IMG/VR virus record: IMGVR_UViG_3300027759_003166
Length of the DNA: 64,000 bases
From: a virus
Lineage: Duplodnaviria; Caudoviricetes
Direction: 5' to 3' (one strand)
A program made the position numbers and the translations under genes. The notes beneath the pieces were generated by a model. The model saw only the letters and a list, made by a program, of their open reading frames with translations. It ran no database searches and was not told where the DNA came from. Position 1 is the first letter of the stretch. Each line of letters starts with the position of its first letter. This document shows, piece by piece, positions 1 through 10,157 of this stretch.

Positions 1-739
1 GTCTGCCTTTCATGTATGCGTTAGATATATTTGGCATACCGTGTCCTTGCACAGCTAATGTTTGCCCATGTTGTGTACCAGGTGCAATGTTCACTTCTAA
101 TGTACGACCATCTATAATAGTAAATGGTATATTTTTTCCTAGAATTGCATCTATACAATTAACCTGCAAGGTTTTAACTAAATCATCTCCCTGACGTTGA
201 AATTCATGATGTGGCATAACGTGTACTGAAAGATGTATGTCACCCCTGGGTGCATTACTAACAGAATCGTCGCCCATTCCTGATAATCTCAGTGTAGTTC
301 CGTCGACTACACCTGCTGGAATTTTAATTTCTAATACTTGATCTCTGCCCGACGGTAGAGTAATATTAGCAATAAGATCTTTTCCGTAATATGCTTCTTC
401 TAAGGTAATTTGAGTTTGGAGATTTAGATTTCTATTTCTCATAGGTGGCCCACGCCTACCAAACATATCTCCAAAAGGATGTCCACCACCAAATGCATGA
501 TGAAACATTTCTTCAAATCCCTGGGGTCCACCAAAGTGGAATCCCTGTGGTTGAGGATTATCGTATTGTTGTCTTCGTTGAGGGTCGCTTAATGTTTCGT
601 AAGCTGCCTGTACTTCTTGAAACTTAGCTTTATCACCGCCGCGATCTGGATGATGTTGATTAGCCATTCGGCGATAAGCAAGTTTAATGTCGTCTGGTCT
701 GGCGTTTCTATCCACGCCCAAAGTTGAGTAATGATCCAT
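1..739 (-). CDS. dnaJ: DnaJ-class chaperone (J-domain plus C-terminal domain), 3' end beyond window
   Basis: Manual translation from ATG at 739: MDHYSTLGVDRNARPDDIKLAYRRMANQHHPDRGGD (HPD motif); downstream IKIPAGVVDG..RGD and DnaJ_C-like segments. Not in the ORF track because it is open at the window edge. Confidence 0.9.
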   Translation of the reverse strand, partial: MDHYSTLGVDRNARPDDIKLAYRRMANQHHPDRGGDKAKFQEVQAAYETLSDPQRRQQYDNPQPQGFHFGGPQGFEEMFHHAFGGGHPFGDMFGRRGPPMRNRNLNLQTQITLEEAYYGKDLIANITLPSGRDQVLEIKIPAGVVDGTTLRLSGMGDDSVSNAPRGDIHLSVHVMPHHEFQRQGDDLVKTLQVNCIDAILGKNIPFTIIDGRTLEVNIAPGTQHGQTLAVQGHGMPNISNAYMKGR

Positions 740-807
740 AATTATATCCCTAATAGAAAAAAGGTATAGTAGATTATACTATACCTTTTAGGTGATGTCA
801 AGAGATT

Positions 808-1011
808 TTATTTCTTCTTAACTGGAACCTCAGTGCCTTCTAATTTTTTATGCACTTTGATTTTTTTACACACTTGAACCGGTTTTCCGGCCTTCATTAC
901 AGGCTTGCCAGCCTTGTCTAATTTATCTTTACAAACTTCTTTTGTTTCCCCGCCAGCATATGCTGTGCTGGACATAATGCCTACAAGTAATACCGCTAAT
1001 AATTTATTCAT
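808..1011 (-). CDS. small secreted/basic hypothetical protein
   Basis: Signal-peptide-like N-terminus, Lys-rich body. Confidence 0.6.
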   Translation of the reverse strand: MNKLLAVLLVGIMSSTAYAGGETKEVCKDKLDKAGKPVMKAGKPVQVCKKIKVHKKLEGTEVPVKKK

Positions 1012-1023
1012 TTTAATGTTCCT

Positions 1024-1596
1024 TTATAACATTGGTTGTTGTGGTTGTACAGGTGCGGGTTTGCCACCAAATCCTGTAACAACTGTTGAGGAGCCACCCG
1101 CTGGCGCTCCAAATCCTGAATTACCACCAAAGCCTGTTGGTGCTGGTGAACCAAAATTGCCGGAGTTACCAAAACTACCGGAGTTACCAAAGCCGCCTGC
1201 TGGTGAATTAAATCCGCCATTATTTGATCCTCCTACAGTAACTGTATTTTGTGCGCCTGGTGGAACATAAGTTGTTCCTAATCCTGGTTGACCTAACCCG
1301 CCGTTATTTGCACCATTTAATTTTTCTTGTGTGCGACCGTGTGCAGCAATACCAAGTACAGCGCCCATGGCAATGTGGAACAATCCTGCACCTTGTAGTG
1401 TTAATGGTTGCCATTGTGAATTAACTGCCCCATGGCTGAGACTTTGTAATAAACTCCAAAGTACTGGAAATACTACCATGTCCATGGTACAGATTAGCAT
1501 ATACATCCAACCCATCATTGGACGCCATTTACTGTTCATCCAATCTTCTTTTTTCTTCTCGCTTGCGCTGATTTTTTCTTCTTGCTCGTCTGCCAT
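1024..1596 (-). CDS. 3-TM holin-like protein (GTA holin family-like) with Gly-rich tail
   Basis: KWRPMMGW..WQPLTLQGAGLFHIAMGAVLG pattern, hydrophobic helices, near endolysin. Confidence 0.6.
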   Translation of the reverse strand: MADEQEEKISASEKKKEDWMNSKWRPMMGWMYMLICTMDMVVFPVLWSLLQSLSHGAVNSQWQPLTLQGAGLFHIAMGAVLGIAAHGRTQEKLNGANNGGLGQPGLGTTYVPPGAQNTVTVGGSNNGGFNSPAGGFGNSGSFGNSGNFGSPAPTGFGGNSGFGAPAGGSSTVVTGFGGKPAPVQPQQPML

Positions 1597-1644
1597 GGGT
1601 TGCTCCGTTAAGTGTACTGATATTTATCAATTTTTCACGTAAAA

Positions 1645-2127
1645 CTATCTAACAAATATGAACTGCCAAAATAATGCACCAATTGGAACAATACATGCAA
1701 TAGCTGCAATAAACAACAGTGTGTTCATTATTAATTCACCCATTGTTTCACGCTGTCTTTGAATACGTTCTTCTTCTAATCTTTCCGCGTCTGCCCGTTC
1801 TTTGGCCATCCTAGTACGTTCGGCAATCATCTCATAATATACATCATCGTTGCCACTCCAGATTAACATATCTTTTAGATAACGTTCATCTTCACGTAAC
1901 TTCTTAGATGCCCAGGCAATTTGTAATGCTTCAGCAGCAATTTGGCTATCACTTTTCTTTATGCTTTCAATTTTCTTTTTGGTACTAGCAACGTGTACCT
2001 GATCTGCCATGCTGTAGAATTTACTAACTTCACCTATTAAATTATTAATATCTTTGCCCATAGCAATGGCACCTTTTATACCTGCTATAGTAGCTTGTGC
2101 TCCAGCGTAGATAGTTAGCGGATCCAT
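1645..2127 (-). CDS. hypothetical coiled-coil protein with C-terminal TM helix
   Basis: 160-aa ORF, stop overlaps next start. Confidence 0.7.
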   Translation of the reverse strand: MDPLTIYAGAQATIAGIKGAIAMGKDINNLIGEVSKFYSMADQVHVASTKKKIESIKKSDSQIAAEALQIAWASKKLREDERYLKDMLIWSGNDDVYYEMIAERTRMAKERADAERLEEERIQRQRETMGELIMNTLLFIAAIACIVPIGALFWQFIFVR

Positions 2128-2366
2128 TATTTTTCTATACCTTTATCCTTGGGCCAATAAGGAATCATAGTCCAGCGGCATACTCTACCATTCTCTACGA
2201 ATTCATTTGCACCATACGTTTTTCTACCTTCTTCGCAAACTTTTTCAAGTTTACGCCAATGGTGGCTATCTTGTGGAGCAATTATAGGAGCATAAGGATC
2301 CGATGAAGCCGTAAGAATCAACAGCGAAAATGCGGATATCAGAATACCGGGTTTGAAAATCCACAT
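2127..2366 (-). CDS. hypothetical exported protein
   Basis: Hydrophobic N-terminus, operon context. Confidence 0.55.
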   Translation of the reverse strand: MWIFKPGILISAFSLLILTASSDPYAPIIAPQDSHHWRKLEKVCEEGRKTYGANEFVENGRVCRWTMIPYWPKDKGIEK

Positions 2367-2433
2367 TAGTACGCTCCATAATAGTGTACTATTATTTAAA
2401 GGAGCAGACTATTAAGTTAAGTATGTAGTTAAG

Positions 2434-2970
2434 TTAGAAGAAAAGCCAGAAGCCTTGTGCCATTAGTATTAATCCTACAGCACCAACACCTAGACTAGCT
2501 TTATACATCTTATTGTTAACTGCTAAGATACTTGCTGATAACAATACAATTGCAAGTTGGAATAACATACCTGAAAATGTTAGCCAAGGACCGTGTAACC
2601 TTGCTTCGTCACGGGCAGCTTCTAGTCCCTGTGCCTTTGCAAGTAATTCTTTCTTGCCTTCGCCTTTTTCAGGATCAGTTTCATAGCGAGCAATCTTTGC
2701 TTCTAGTTTAGCAATACGTTCTTTATCTTTACTTTGTTTAGCATCTTCTAATTGCCCTTCAGCAATAGTTTGCTTGATACTTTTAGATTGATAAAATCCA
2801 TAGGTGTTGCTGGCTTTTAGCAAATTAGTCTGTGCTATGCCGCTAAAGTTATTAGCAAGGTAAGTGTTGCCCGCTAAAAATAATGCCATAAAGACAATAA
2901 CTAATCCTGCCTTGTCTTTAATCTGTGCTTCACGTTCGCTACGTGATAAAGGTTTTGCTTCGTCTGCCAT
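2434..2970 (-). CDS. DUF4337-like membrane protein
   Basis: N- and C-terminal TM helices around a coiled coil; YQSKSIKQ motif. Confidence 0.6.
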   Translation of the reverse strand: MADEAKPLSRSEREAQIKDKAGLVIVFMALFLAGNTYLANNFSGIAQTNLLKASNTYGFYQSKSIKQTIAEGQLEDAKQSKDKERIAKLEAKIARYETDPEKGEGKKELLAKAQGLEAARDEARLHGPWLTFSGMLFQLAIVLLSASILAVNNKMYKASLGVGAVGLILMAQGFWLFF

Positions 2971-3250
2971 CTTACGCTCCTCAGTGTGTTAATTTATTCA
3001 GTTTTTTCTTTCTTTTGTAAAACAAATACTCCGGGTTTTTCTGGATCTTCAACCCATTCAGTGTCGTCGCCTTCTACCAACCCATTTAGAACTTTTACAA
3101 TTGGTTTCATATTATGATCCTTCTGAGTTTTTGTTTTGTGCGGCAGCGGCAGCGGCCACAGCCTCGGCAGCGGCCAATACTTGTTTGACTAGTTTGTCAG
3201 CCGCATCGGCTAACTCTTTGTTGATCTTTTGTTGTTCTTCTGGTGTCATA

Positions 3251-3874
3251 TTATGCACCCATTACGTGTAATGCGTGTTGGTAGTGTTTAATACGATCAT
3301 CTAAGCCAATATAGCCGCCATTGATCTTACGTGTCATTGTTTTAATATCACCAGCATCTGCTTCGTTGTTTAGATTATTACTTTCCCAGAACCAGCAAGC
3401 ACTTTGTACAGCGCCTTCAAACGTAGCCAAATATTCTGGAATATCTTCTACAGGTGTTTCAATACTTTCGGCAAAACGTGTATAGTTATCTTTGCCTGTA
3501 AGTTGAATTAAACCACGTCCGCAATACTTGTAGCCATCGCCACTGTGTTCATCACCATTGCCCATACGACTAGCATATACACGATTAGCAATCATTTCTT
3601 GTTTGCCTGCATATGCACCAGCAATATCGTCATTGGGGAAATACTTAGGAAATACCTTACGCAATGTTACTGCTCTGTAGTTTAAGTTTTCTTTTAAGAA
3701 TACAAAACTACCGCTTTCGTGAGCGCATTGAGCTAGGAACGCTGCTACTCTGTTAGGAGTATTAATATCGTAATCAGGCAATGCTTGTTCTAATGCGTGA
3801 TACCAGTGATCAATATATGGATTACCTGGAAGTAATTGTGCCAATTGTTCTTGTGATAAAATAAAGTCTGACAT
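3251..3874 (-). CDS. glycoside hydrolase family 19 endolysin
   Basis: FLAQCAHESG, ENLNY, YCGRGLIQLTGKDNY, TRKINGG motifs. Confidence 0.92.
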   Translation of the reverse strand: MSDFILSQEQLAQLLPGNPYIDHWYHALEQALPDYDINTPNRVAAFLAQCAHESGSFVFLKENLNYRAVTLRKVFPKYFPNDDIAGAYAGKQEMIANRVYASRMGNGDEHSGDGYKYCGRGLIQLTGKDNYTRFAESIETPVEDIPEYLATFEGAVQSACWFWESNNLNNEADAGDIKTMTRKINGGYIGLDDRIKHYQHALHVMGA

Positions 3875-4003
3875 TATTCCCCCTTGCGAAATACAGCAAC
3901 AACCTTCGTTTGAATGTTTTTAGCAAATTCAGGTTGTGGAAAATTCCATCCTACAAATGCTCCTAATGCTAACCAAAATAATGTTTCTAACATAATATTC
4001 TCC

Positions 4004-4273
4004 TTATTTTATATTCTCAAATATCTCTTTTTGTTTATTATACCACAGTGTCCACGCCTCATTTTTTATCACACATTCGTGATATAATGTATAGTTGGTA
4101 GTGACTGCTTTTGTAAAATCAATGATACTTATGTGCTCACCTTCAATGGTTTTCAGTGGAGGACATTTTTCCATTAACACATCAGGTGCAATAGGAAACT
4201 TGGCTACTACAGGCACCGTTGTAGAACACGCTGTAAGAAATAATGCCAAACAAATTATTAATATTTTTTTCAT
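4004..4273 (-). CDS. o-spanin-like lipoprotein
   Basis: Lipobox LTAC, Pro/Cys segment, position beside endolysin. Confidence 0.7.
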   Translation of the reverse strand: MKKILIICLALFLTACSTTVPVVAKFPIAPDVLMEKCPPLKTIEGEHISIIDFTKAVTTNYTLYHECVIKNEAWTLWYNKQKEIFENIK

Positions 4274-5014
4274 TTATGCCTTTTTTATCACTGTAAGAAA
4301 TTCTACACCTACCCACCCTTGTTTATTACCTTTAACAAAAGCATATCCATTTTCCAACTTTAAAACATCCAAACGTGTGCCTGGTGCTAATTTTTCTATT
4401 TTTTCATCTTTAATATTTTTAGTTGATCTAATGTTAGCCCAGGTAATCACTGTAGCAGTTGCTACAATAACTGGTTGTTGTACCTCTGCTTGAACCTGTG
4501 GTGTTGTTTTTACTTCAGGTTCAGCTGGTGCCGCTTCAGGTTCTTTAGGAATTTCAATAGGTTGATTCAGTGCAGCAGCATTATGTGTTTTAATAATGAT
4601 ACCGGGTATAGGACAATTTTCTATAAACTTAACTACTTCTTTGTCTTTAACAACTTCTCGATCTATATAGTTAATAATGTTCTTGCCACGCTCGTGAACT
4701 ATCTTAGTTTTTTCAGCAATTATGGTGACAATTTTTACATTTTCTTCTTGACTTTTTGCCTCTGCTATGGCTACTTTTTCTTCCATCTCTTTAACTTTTG
4801 CCTGCCATTTTGCTTCGTTGGCAATACTGCCTTCCATCCATATACCAAGTAATAATGCTAGAACTCCGCCGTATTGTAATGGAATCCTATATGTACTAAT
4901 GAAAGGAATGCGTTTTAAAACTAGTGCAGATAATACCGCAATTAGACCACATATAGTTAAAAAATGCCAGAATATATTGGGTAAAAACGACAGCAACCAC
5001 ATAATTTGCCACAT
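4274..5014 (-). CDS. i-spanin-like membrane protein with C-terminal SH3b-like domain
   Basis: Two N-terminal TM helices, coiled coil, P/E/A linker, ANIRS..GTRLDVL..GWV SH3b-like tail. Confidence 0.55.
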   Translation of the reverse strand: MWQIMWLLSFLPNIFWHFLTICGLIAVLSALVLKRIPFISTYRIPLQYGGVLALLLGIWMEGSIANEAKWQAKVKEMEEKVAIAEAKSQEENVKIVTIIAEKTKIVHERGKNIINYIDREVVKDKEVVKFIENCPIPGIIIKTHNAAALNQPIEIPKEPEAAPAEPEVKTTPQVQAEVQQPVIVATATVITWANIRSTKNIKDEKIEKLAPGTRLDVLKLENGYAFVKGNKQGWVGVEFLTVIKKA

Positions 5015-5017
5015 ATT

Positions 5018-5758
5018 TTACCACCTGTCTTTTTCTATAACAACAGCACGGGTGCCGTTCCTAATTAAAAATTGTTTACCAATTTTATTAATTTCGTAAT
5101 TGCCCATATACTTGGTTAAGAAGAACATTTGGCTCTGACTGCTTTCGTCTAATGAAAGTGGACCAGGTACTGTTTTCTTAACATCTTCGTAGTCGCCAAT
5201 GGCAATAAATTTAGCAGAAATATCACCAGCATATGGTTTGCTAAATATCAAATTATTATCAGATTCGAGAGCAACATCCACTATACCTTGGTCAAAAAAT
5301 TCTCTAACATCAGTATTTTTAATTTCCATCACTTTACGTTCGTAGTCTTCTTTAGTCATTGGTATTGCCTCTGTAATATTGTCTTCATTAAATTCGAGGC
5401 TAGTTACTGCCTTTTGATAGCGGAATTTCCATTCACGGCAATCACATAGTTGTCCAACGCCGCCTAACAATTCTTTCAATTGTGTTTTTAATTCTGGAGT
5501 TCTTTGTATTTCTACAAATACTTGATATTGACCATCATTTTCTTCTCCAGCACTCATATCAGCATCAAGAATAAAGTCATAGCCTTTTTCGATAAATTCC
5601 ATCATATCTATGGCTGGATTCTTTTCACGTACACGGAAACCTAATACAATTACGTCCCCGTCCTCGCCCATTTTGCTTTTATATTGATCAACGGTGAACA
5701 GCTCTGATACATAGCTTCTTAGATCTCCGGATCTTAGTCCTTCATTAAGTTGTGGCAT
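5018..5758 (-). CDS. hypothetical protein
   Basis: Long ORF; probable start MPQLNEG. Confidence 0.7.
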   Translation of the reverse strand: MPQLNEGLRSGDLRSYVSELFTVDQYKSKMGEDGDVIVLGFRVREKNPAIDMMEFIEKGYDFILDADMSAGEENDGQYQVFVEIQRTPELKTQLKELLGGVGQLCDCREWKFRYQKAVTSLEFNEDNITEAIPMTKEDYERKVMEIKNTDVREFFDQGIVDVALESDNNLIFSKPYAGDISAKFIAIGDYEDVKKTVPGPLSLDESSQSQMFFLTKYMGNYEINKIGKQFLIRNGTRAVVIEKDRW

Positions 5759-6272
5759 CTGCTGGAGCCTCCATTGGTTCTTCTTGTGCAACATTTTCTG
5801 TTTCAGCTGTATTATTGCTGTATTTCATTAGTTCAGCCATTCTGTTATTTTCTTGATTTTCTTTACCCACATACACATCCTGCATTAGTTTCTTAGGCAT
5901 AATAATGGTCACAGTCCAAATAGGATGTGCATCGATCTTACCTTTTTTAGTGCCAGGTCTGAAGTCGCCAGGGTCCTTGATCTTACGTGGTAGCATAACT
6001 ACTTCTTTGGCAAAAACTACTTGGCAACCGTAATCTACAAGTCGTTTGCCGCCTTTGGGATCTGGCATATTTTCACGCGACCACATAAATTTACATTCTA
6101 CATCATAGCGATTTACTTTAGGTCCAGAAATTAATTCGCCTTCTTCCCAATTTTTAAACACATATACATCTAATTCGTCAATAACACGTTCAAAGTCTTT
6201 TAATACTTTAAACGCACTATTGTTTTCACTAAGTGTTTGTAGATTCTTTATAACGTCTATAATGTCGTGCAT
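5745..6272 (-). CDS. hypothetical protein
   Basis: Probable start MHDIIDV downstream of a TAAATA motif. Confidence 0.7.
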   Translation of the reverse strand: MHDIIDVIKNLQTLSENNSAFKVLKDFERVIDELDVYVFKNWEEGELISGPKVNRYDVECKFMWSRENMPDPKGGKRLVDYGCQVVFAKEVVMLPRKIKDPGDFRPGTKKGKIDAHPIWTVTIIMPKKLMQDVYVGKENQENNRMAELMKYSNNTAETENVAQEEPMEAPADATT

Positions 6273-6417
6273 AGGCTTTCTCTTTATCAAATATTTATCC
6301 ATAACTGGCCGATATACTATGTTAAATTACAGTGGTCCAAAAATGGGTACTTTGAGCTGGTATTTTGAAATAAATTTTAAATATTATTGCAGGTCAATCT
6401 TCACCAAGGAGGTAAAA

Positions 6418-7179
6418 TTGCCTAGAGCCAATAGAAAGAACAGGGATATGAGTGAAAAACGAGATCCTAGATTCCACAAAGAATCAAATAGCAACTTAAT
6501 TCAAATTAAGCCATATTTGAAAAGAAGCCAGCAAGTCAATATAGTTCCACGAAACCTAAGCCAAGAGAACTATCTCGAATTGCTAAAAAACCCCAAGAAA
6601 TACATTGTTTTAGCCATCGGTCCAGCCGGTACGGGTAAAACAATGTTAGCCGTACAGATGGCAATTAAATTGTATAAGGAAGGGTCAATTAGTAAAATAA
6701 TAGTAACCCGCCCTGCTGTATCGGTAGATGAAGAACATGGGTTTTTGCCCGGGGATTTAAATGCCAAAATGGCACCCTGGACTAGACCTATATTTGACGT
6801 CTTTGAAGAATACTATCACCCTAAGGAGATAGCAGGTATGTTAGAAGATGGATCCATTGAGATCAGTCCACTAGCATATATGAGGGGGAGAACATTTAAG
6901 AATGCTTTTGTCATTGCTGACGAAATGCAAAATGCCACTCCGAGTCAGATGAAGATGTTATTAACTAGAATTGGCAATAATTCTAGAATGGTAGTTACTG
7001 GAGATTTAAACCAAGCCGACCGTCCTAGTGAAAACGGTCTCCTAGAGTTTTGCAGTTTGTTCGGACAAGGAGGTGATTCGCGAATGATTGCAATGGCGAG
7101 ATTTGAAACTCAAGATATTGAACGACACCCAGTCGTTAAGGAAGTGTTAAAAATCTATAAGGAACAAACTGACGATTAA
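6418..7179 (+). CDS. phoH: PhoH family ATPase
   Basis: GPAGTGKT Walker A, TRPAV, GFLPG, YMRGRT, DEMQN, TGD; TTG start after GGAGG inferred. Confidence 0.95.
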   Translation: MPRANRKNRDMSEKRDPRFHKESNSNLIQIKPYLKRSQQVNIVPRNLSQENYLELLKNPKKYIVLAIGPAGTGKTMLAVQMAIKLYKEGSISKIIVTRPAVSVDEEHGFLPGDLNAKMAPWTRPIFDVFEEYYHPKEIAGMLEDGSIEISPLAYMRGRTFKNAFVIADEMQNATPSQMKMLLTRIGNNSRMVVTGDLNQADRPSENGLLEFCSLFGQGGDSRMIAMARFETQDIERHPVVKEVLKIYKEQTDD

Positions 7180-7202
7180 TTAACTTAACTAACTCAAACG
7201 AC

Positions 7203-7244
7203 AAACCGCATAGTACTGACCTGCAATCGACTATGCGGTTTTTC
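7203..7244. terminator. likely bidirectional intrinsic terminator
   Basis: 12-bp inverted repeat aaaccgcatagt/actatgcggttt between convergent genes. Confidence 0.7.
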
Positions 7245-7939
7245 TATTCCCAAATATTATCCCATGATTCGGGATACGCTTCGTAGTCTAATGTTTCAAC
7301 TAATTTTATATTATTCAAACTAAGATGATAGGCCAGCAATCCTTCGGCATGAGGAGAAAAACCATTTTCCATATAACTGTTCATATGGTGTATCAAATTA
7401 GTATAGATCGTCATATTATCCGATGACGATATTGCAAGATGATCACTCATGCCATATCCATGTATGTAATGTTTATTTTTTGAAGGAGTATATATTACGT
7501 TTGTCTCTTGCTCTAAATGAAGTTTTATATCAGTTAAATTAACGTGAGAAATACAGTCATCTGGTCTTGCTCTTATAACCAAGTCATACTTGCCATGTAA
7601 TTTTTCACATTCTTGCCTCATACGGTCTGCTCTGTATAAACTACCAAATTGGGATAGCAATGGATCTTTATAGACTGGTTCACTAACATCTAACCCTGCA
7701 AGAATATTTGGAGGCCATACTAGTTTATTTCTGATAGTTTCTACAGCCCACTCTCTACTAGCTATATTCATCCACGGTGGAGGAACCAAGGGAATTGGTT
7801 CATAGTGTAATCTATGATAGCTATTATTCCAAAGATAAAAATACCAGTCTAGCTGGTCGTATCCGATTATATTCTTTACTAGATCGTCTAATGACTTTCT
7901 GAATCTAGGTTGTCCTGAAAATAATATTGCTACTCTCAT
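7244..7939 (-). CDS. glycan-related hypothetical protein (GQPRF paralog family)
   Basis: MRVAILFSGQPRF..YDLVIRARPD..DHLAI; paralogs at 48387, 58457, 59843. Confidence 0.6.
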   Translation of the reverse strand: MRVAILFSGQPRFRKSLDDLVKNIIGYDQLDWYFYLWNNSYHRLHYEPIPLVPPPWMNIASREWAVETIRNKLVWPPNILAGLDVSEPVYKDPLLSQFGSLYRADRMRQECEKLHGKYDLVIRARPDDCISHVNLTDIKLHLEQETNVIYTPSKNKHYIHGYGMSDHLAISSSDNMTIYTNLIHHMNSYMENGFSPHAEGLLAYHLSLNNIKLVETLDYEAYPESWDNIWE

Positions 7940-7940
7940 T

Positions 7941-8861
7941 CTATTGTAAACGTGCTAATTTTACCAAAGTTGCCGCAAGGTTGATTTCTGGATCAGCAAT
8001 CAATGTGTGATCAACTAATCCTTGTTTAATGATCAACAATGCTTGATCTTTTTGTTCTTCAGTCTTGCCAAACAAATCTAAGTTGGTATACATCCATGTG
8101 TAAAGTTCTTCCATTTCCTCAGGGCGGGCACGACCACATAACAATGTACGTGCTTCTTTGATCTTGCCTTTCTTAAACAGCTCAACCATATCAACTTTAT
8201 AATCAGCAACACCTTCGTCTCCGGCACTAGGAGTTAATAATTTACCACCATTGACATTTTGTTGTACCATATTGATACACTTACGCAAATCGGGATAAGT
8301 TAGTTTAACATAGGTATCCAATACATCAAGATCAAAGTCTACATTTTCTTCTACAAGAATAGTTGCTACTCTGGCAGTAAATTCTGTTTGGTCGGTCTTG
8401 TCCACATGAAAGCCCTGACAACGACTATGAAGAGCAGGAATAATTCTATTTGGGTAATTGCAAGTAAGAATAAACCTACTATGGTTACTATAGGTCTCCA
8501 TAACTCCGCGAAGGATTGCCTGTGCGTTAGGCGTGAGATAATCTGCTTCATCTAATAGTACCACCTTAAAAGGACCAAATGGAATCATCTGTACAAAGTT
8601 GATGATCTTATCACGTACAGTATCTACATTGTTATCACGACTTGCGTTGATTTCAAGTACATCGTATTCTTCAATGTTTAGTTCATTACACAATACTTTG
8701 GCTAATGTAGTTTTACCAATACCGGCAGCACCACTTAGCAACAGATGTGGAATGCTGCCTTCTTTGATCCACGATTGTACCTGACGACGTTGTGCGTCAT
8801 CTTTGAACACATAATCGCCAACCTTTCTTGGACGATACTTTTCTACCCAGAGTTCAATCAT
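7941..8861 (-). CDS. clamp loader small subunit (RFC/gp44-like AAA+)
   Basis: WVEKYRP, GAAGIGKT, INAS, LLDEAD, SRC motifs. Confidence 0.93.
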   Translation of the reverse strand: MIELWVEKYRPRKVGDYVFKDDAQRRQVQSWIKEGSIPHLLLSGAAGIGKTTLAKVLCNELNIEEYDVLEINASRDNNVDTVRDKIINFVQMIPFGPFKVVLLDEADYLTPNAQAILRGVMETYSNHSRFILTCNYPNRIIPALHSRCQGFHVDKTDQTEFTARVATILVEENVDFDLDVLDTYVKLTYPDLRKCINMVQQNVNGGKLLTPSAGDEGVADYKVDMVELFKKGKIKEARTLLCGRARPEEMEELYTWMYTNLDLFGKTEEQKDQALLIIKQGLVDHTLIADPEINLAATLVKLARLQ

Positions 8862-9026
8862 ACTAGTTCCTCAACAATACCAAGCATTTCTGCTATGATT
8901 AGACAATATCCTGCCATTAAAAAGTTTCCTCCAATTAAGCAAGCACCTGCTACGATGCGGATAGCACTCTTTACAAGGCTAACATAAAAATGTCCGCGAC
9001 TTGTATCTTTAGGTTGTACTTCAATA

Positions 9027-9323
9027 TTATCCACGCAATGACTCCATAGTAATAATCTTTGCTATGCTATGTCCAAGATCTTGATCATGTCCTACAATGT
9101 GTAGTTGATTTTGACTACGATCCTTCTGACGATCATACACACGAGTCTCAACAATAGTTCCACCGTTGGCACGATAGACGCTTAGACGCAAGGGTTCTGT
9201 ACTAAGAGTTTCTCCGGGTTCTGTGGATGTTATAGCAAGTCCTCTCGACACCTTATTTGCTCGTTGTGCCTCATCAGGCGGGAATATAAAATTGTGCATC
9301 TTATTTCGTAACCAGTTTTTCAT
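9027..9323 (-). CDS. hypothetical protein
   Basis: ORF in operon context. Confidence 0.6.
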   Translation of the reverse strand: MKNWLRNKMHNFIFPPDEAQRANKVSRGLAITSTEPGETLSTEPLRLSVYRANGGTIVETRVYDRQKDRSQNQLHIVGHDQDLGHSIAKIITMESLRG

Positions 9324-9784
9324 TTTTTATTTCCTTCTGCTTCTGCTACACGTTTGCGTAGACTGCTGCTACTAAAGGAATGATCTCGTCCATTATAGAC
9401 AATTTCAATTCCACGTTTGAGACAAATATCTCTACCTGTAAAGTCCTTGTCTGCATACTCTATACCTAATATTCTAACATCAATAGGCAAAATAAGCAAG
9501 AGGTCTTCAAGATCTTTTTCTGTCTGATATACAACCACTTCATCTACATTACGATTTGTGCTAACTTGTATCTGACGCTCTACAATACTTTGTATCGGAG
9601 GATTCTTACTATCCGGGCGATCAATAGTTGGATCTGTTTGTAATGCTGCGATCAAATAATCACAATGATTTTTAGCCTCTGCTAACATAGCAATATGGCC
9701 AGCATGAAAAAGGTCCCATGCACTAAAAACAATACCAATTTTTTTATTTTGAGATTTAAGATCTTTGAGTTTGTTAAATATCAT
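9320..9784 (-). CDS. cytidylyltransferase (TagD-like)
   Basis: DLFHAGH HxGH motif, VDEVV, SFSSSSLR. Confidence 0.85.
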   Translation of the reverse strand: MIFNKLKDLKSQNKKIGIVFSAWDLFHAGHIAMLAEAKNHCDYLIAALQTDPTIDRPDSKNPPIQSIVERQIQVSTNRNVDEVVVYQTEKDLEDLLLILPIDVRILGIEYADKDFTGRDICLKRGIEIVYNGRDHSFSSSSLRKRVAEAEGNKK

Positions 9785-9911
9785 CTGTATATAATTCCTT
9801 TGAAAAGCATTCGTGTTTTCCTCCTATTTTTAAACTGGAAGGTATGTATGATACATGTTTATATTTTTTAAGTACATATTATACTCAGACATGTAATATC
9901 TCAAAAGTTAA

Positions 9912-10115
9912 TCACTTCCAGTCGTCCTCATCTCTAAATCCCATATGTGGCCAAATATTGTTATCAAATATTTGTGCCATTTGATTCCATAATGCCTTAC
10001 GTTCGGATCCTGTCATACCTGAGACAAACGGAGCATCGTCGGGATGTTTATCTAAACCATAATCGTGCCTAACAGTAAGACACATACTAGTAATAATTTG
10101 TTCACGTGTTTTCAT
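9912..10115 (-). CDS. hypothetical protein
   Basis: ORF directly downstream of consensus promoter. Confidence 0.6.
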   Translation of the reverse strand: MKTREQIITSMCLTVRHDYGLDKHPDDAPFVSGMTGSERKALWNQMAQIFDNNIWPHMGFRDEDDWK

Positions 10116-10120
10116 AGTAT

Positions 10121-10157
10121 ATTATAGTCGTAAAAAAAGGGCCTGTCAAGCCCTTTT
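10121..10157 (-). promoter_or_regulatory. sigma70-type promoter (TTGACA-17-TATAAT) whose -35 lies in a terminator hairpin loop
   Basis: plus-strand tgtcaa 10144-10149 and attata 10121-10126; hairpin aaaagggc/gccctttt. Confidence 0.75.

Noticed and set aside
12-627. Plus-strand ORFs 12-194 and 445-627
   Set aside because: Antisense shadows of dnaJ.
5814-5822. Isolated TTGCTGT (ACAGCAA) hits in coding regions, also near 29255
   Set aside because: No flanking stem; expected by chance for a 7-mer.
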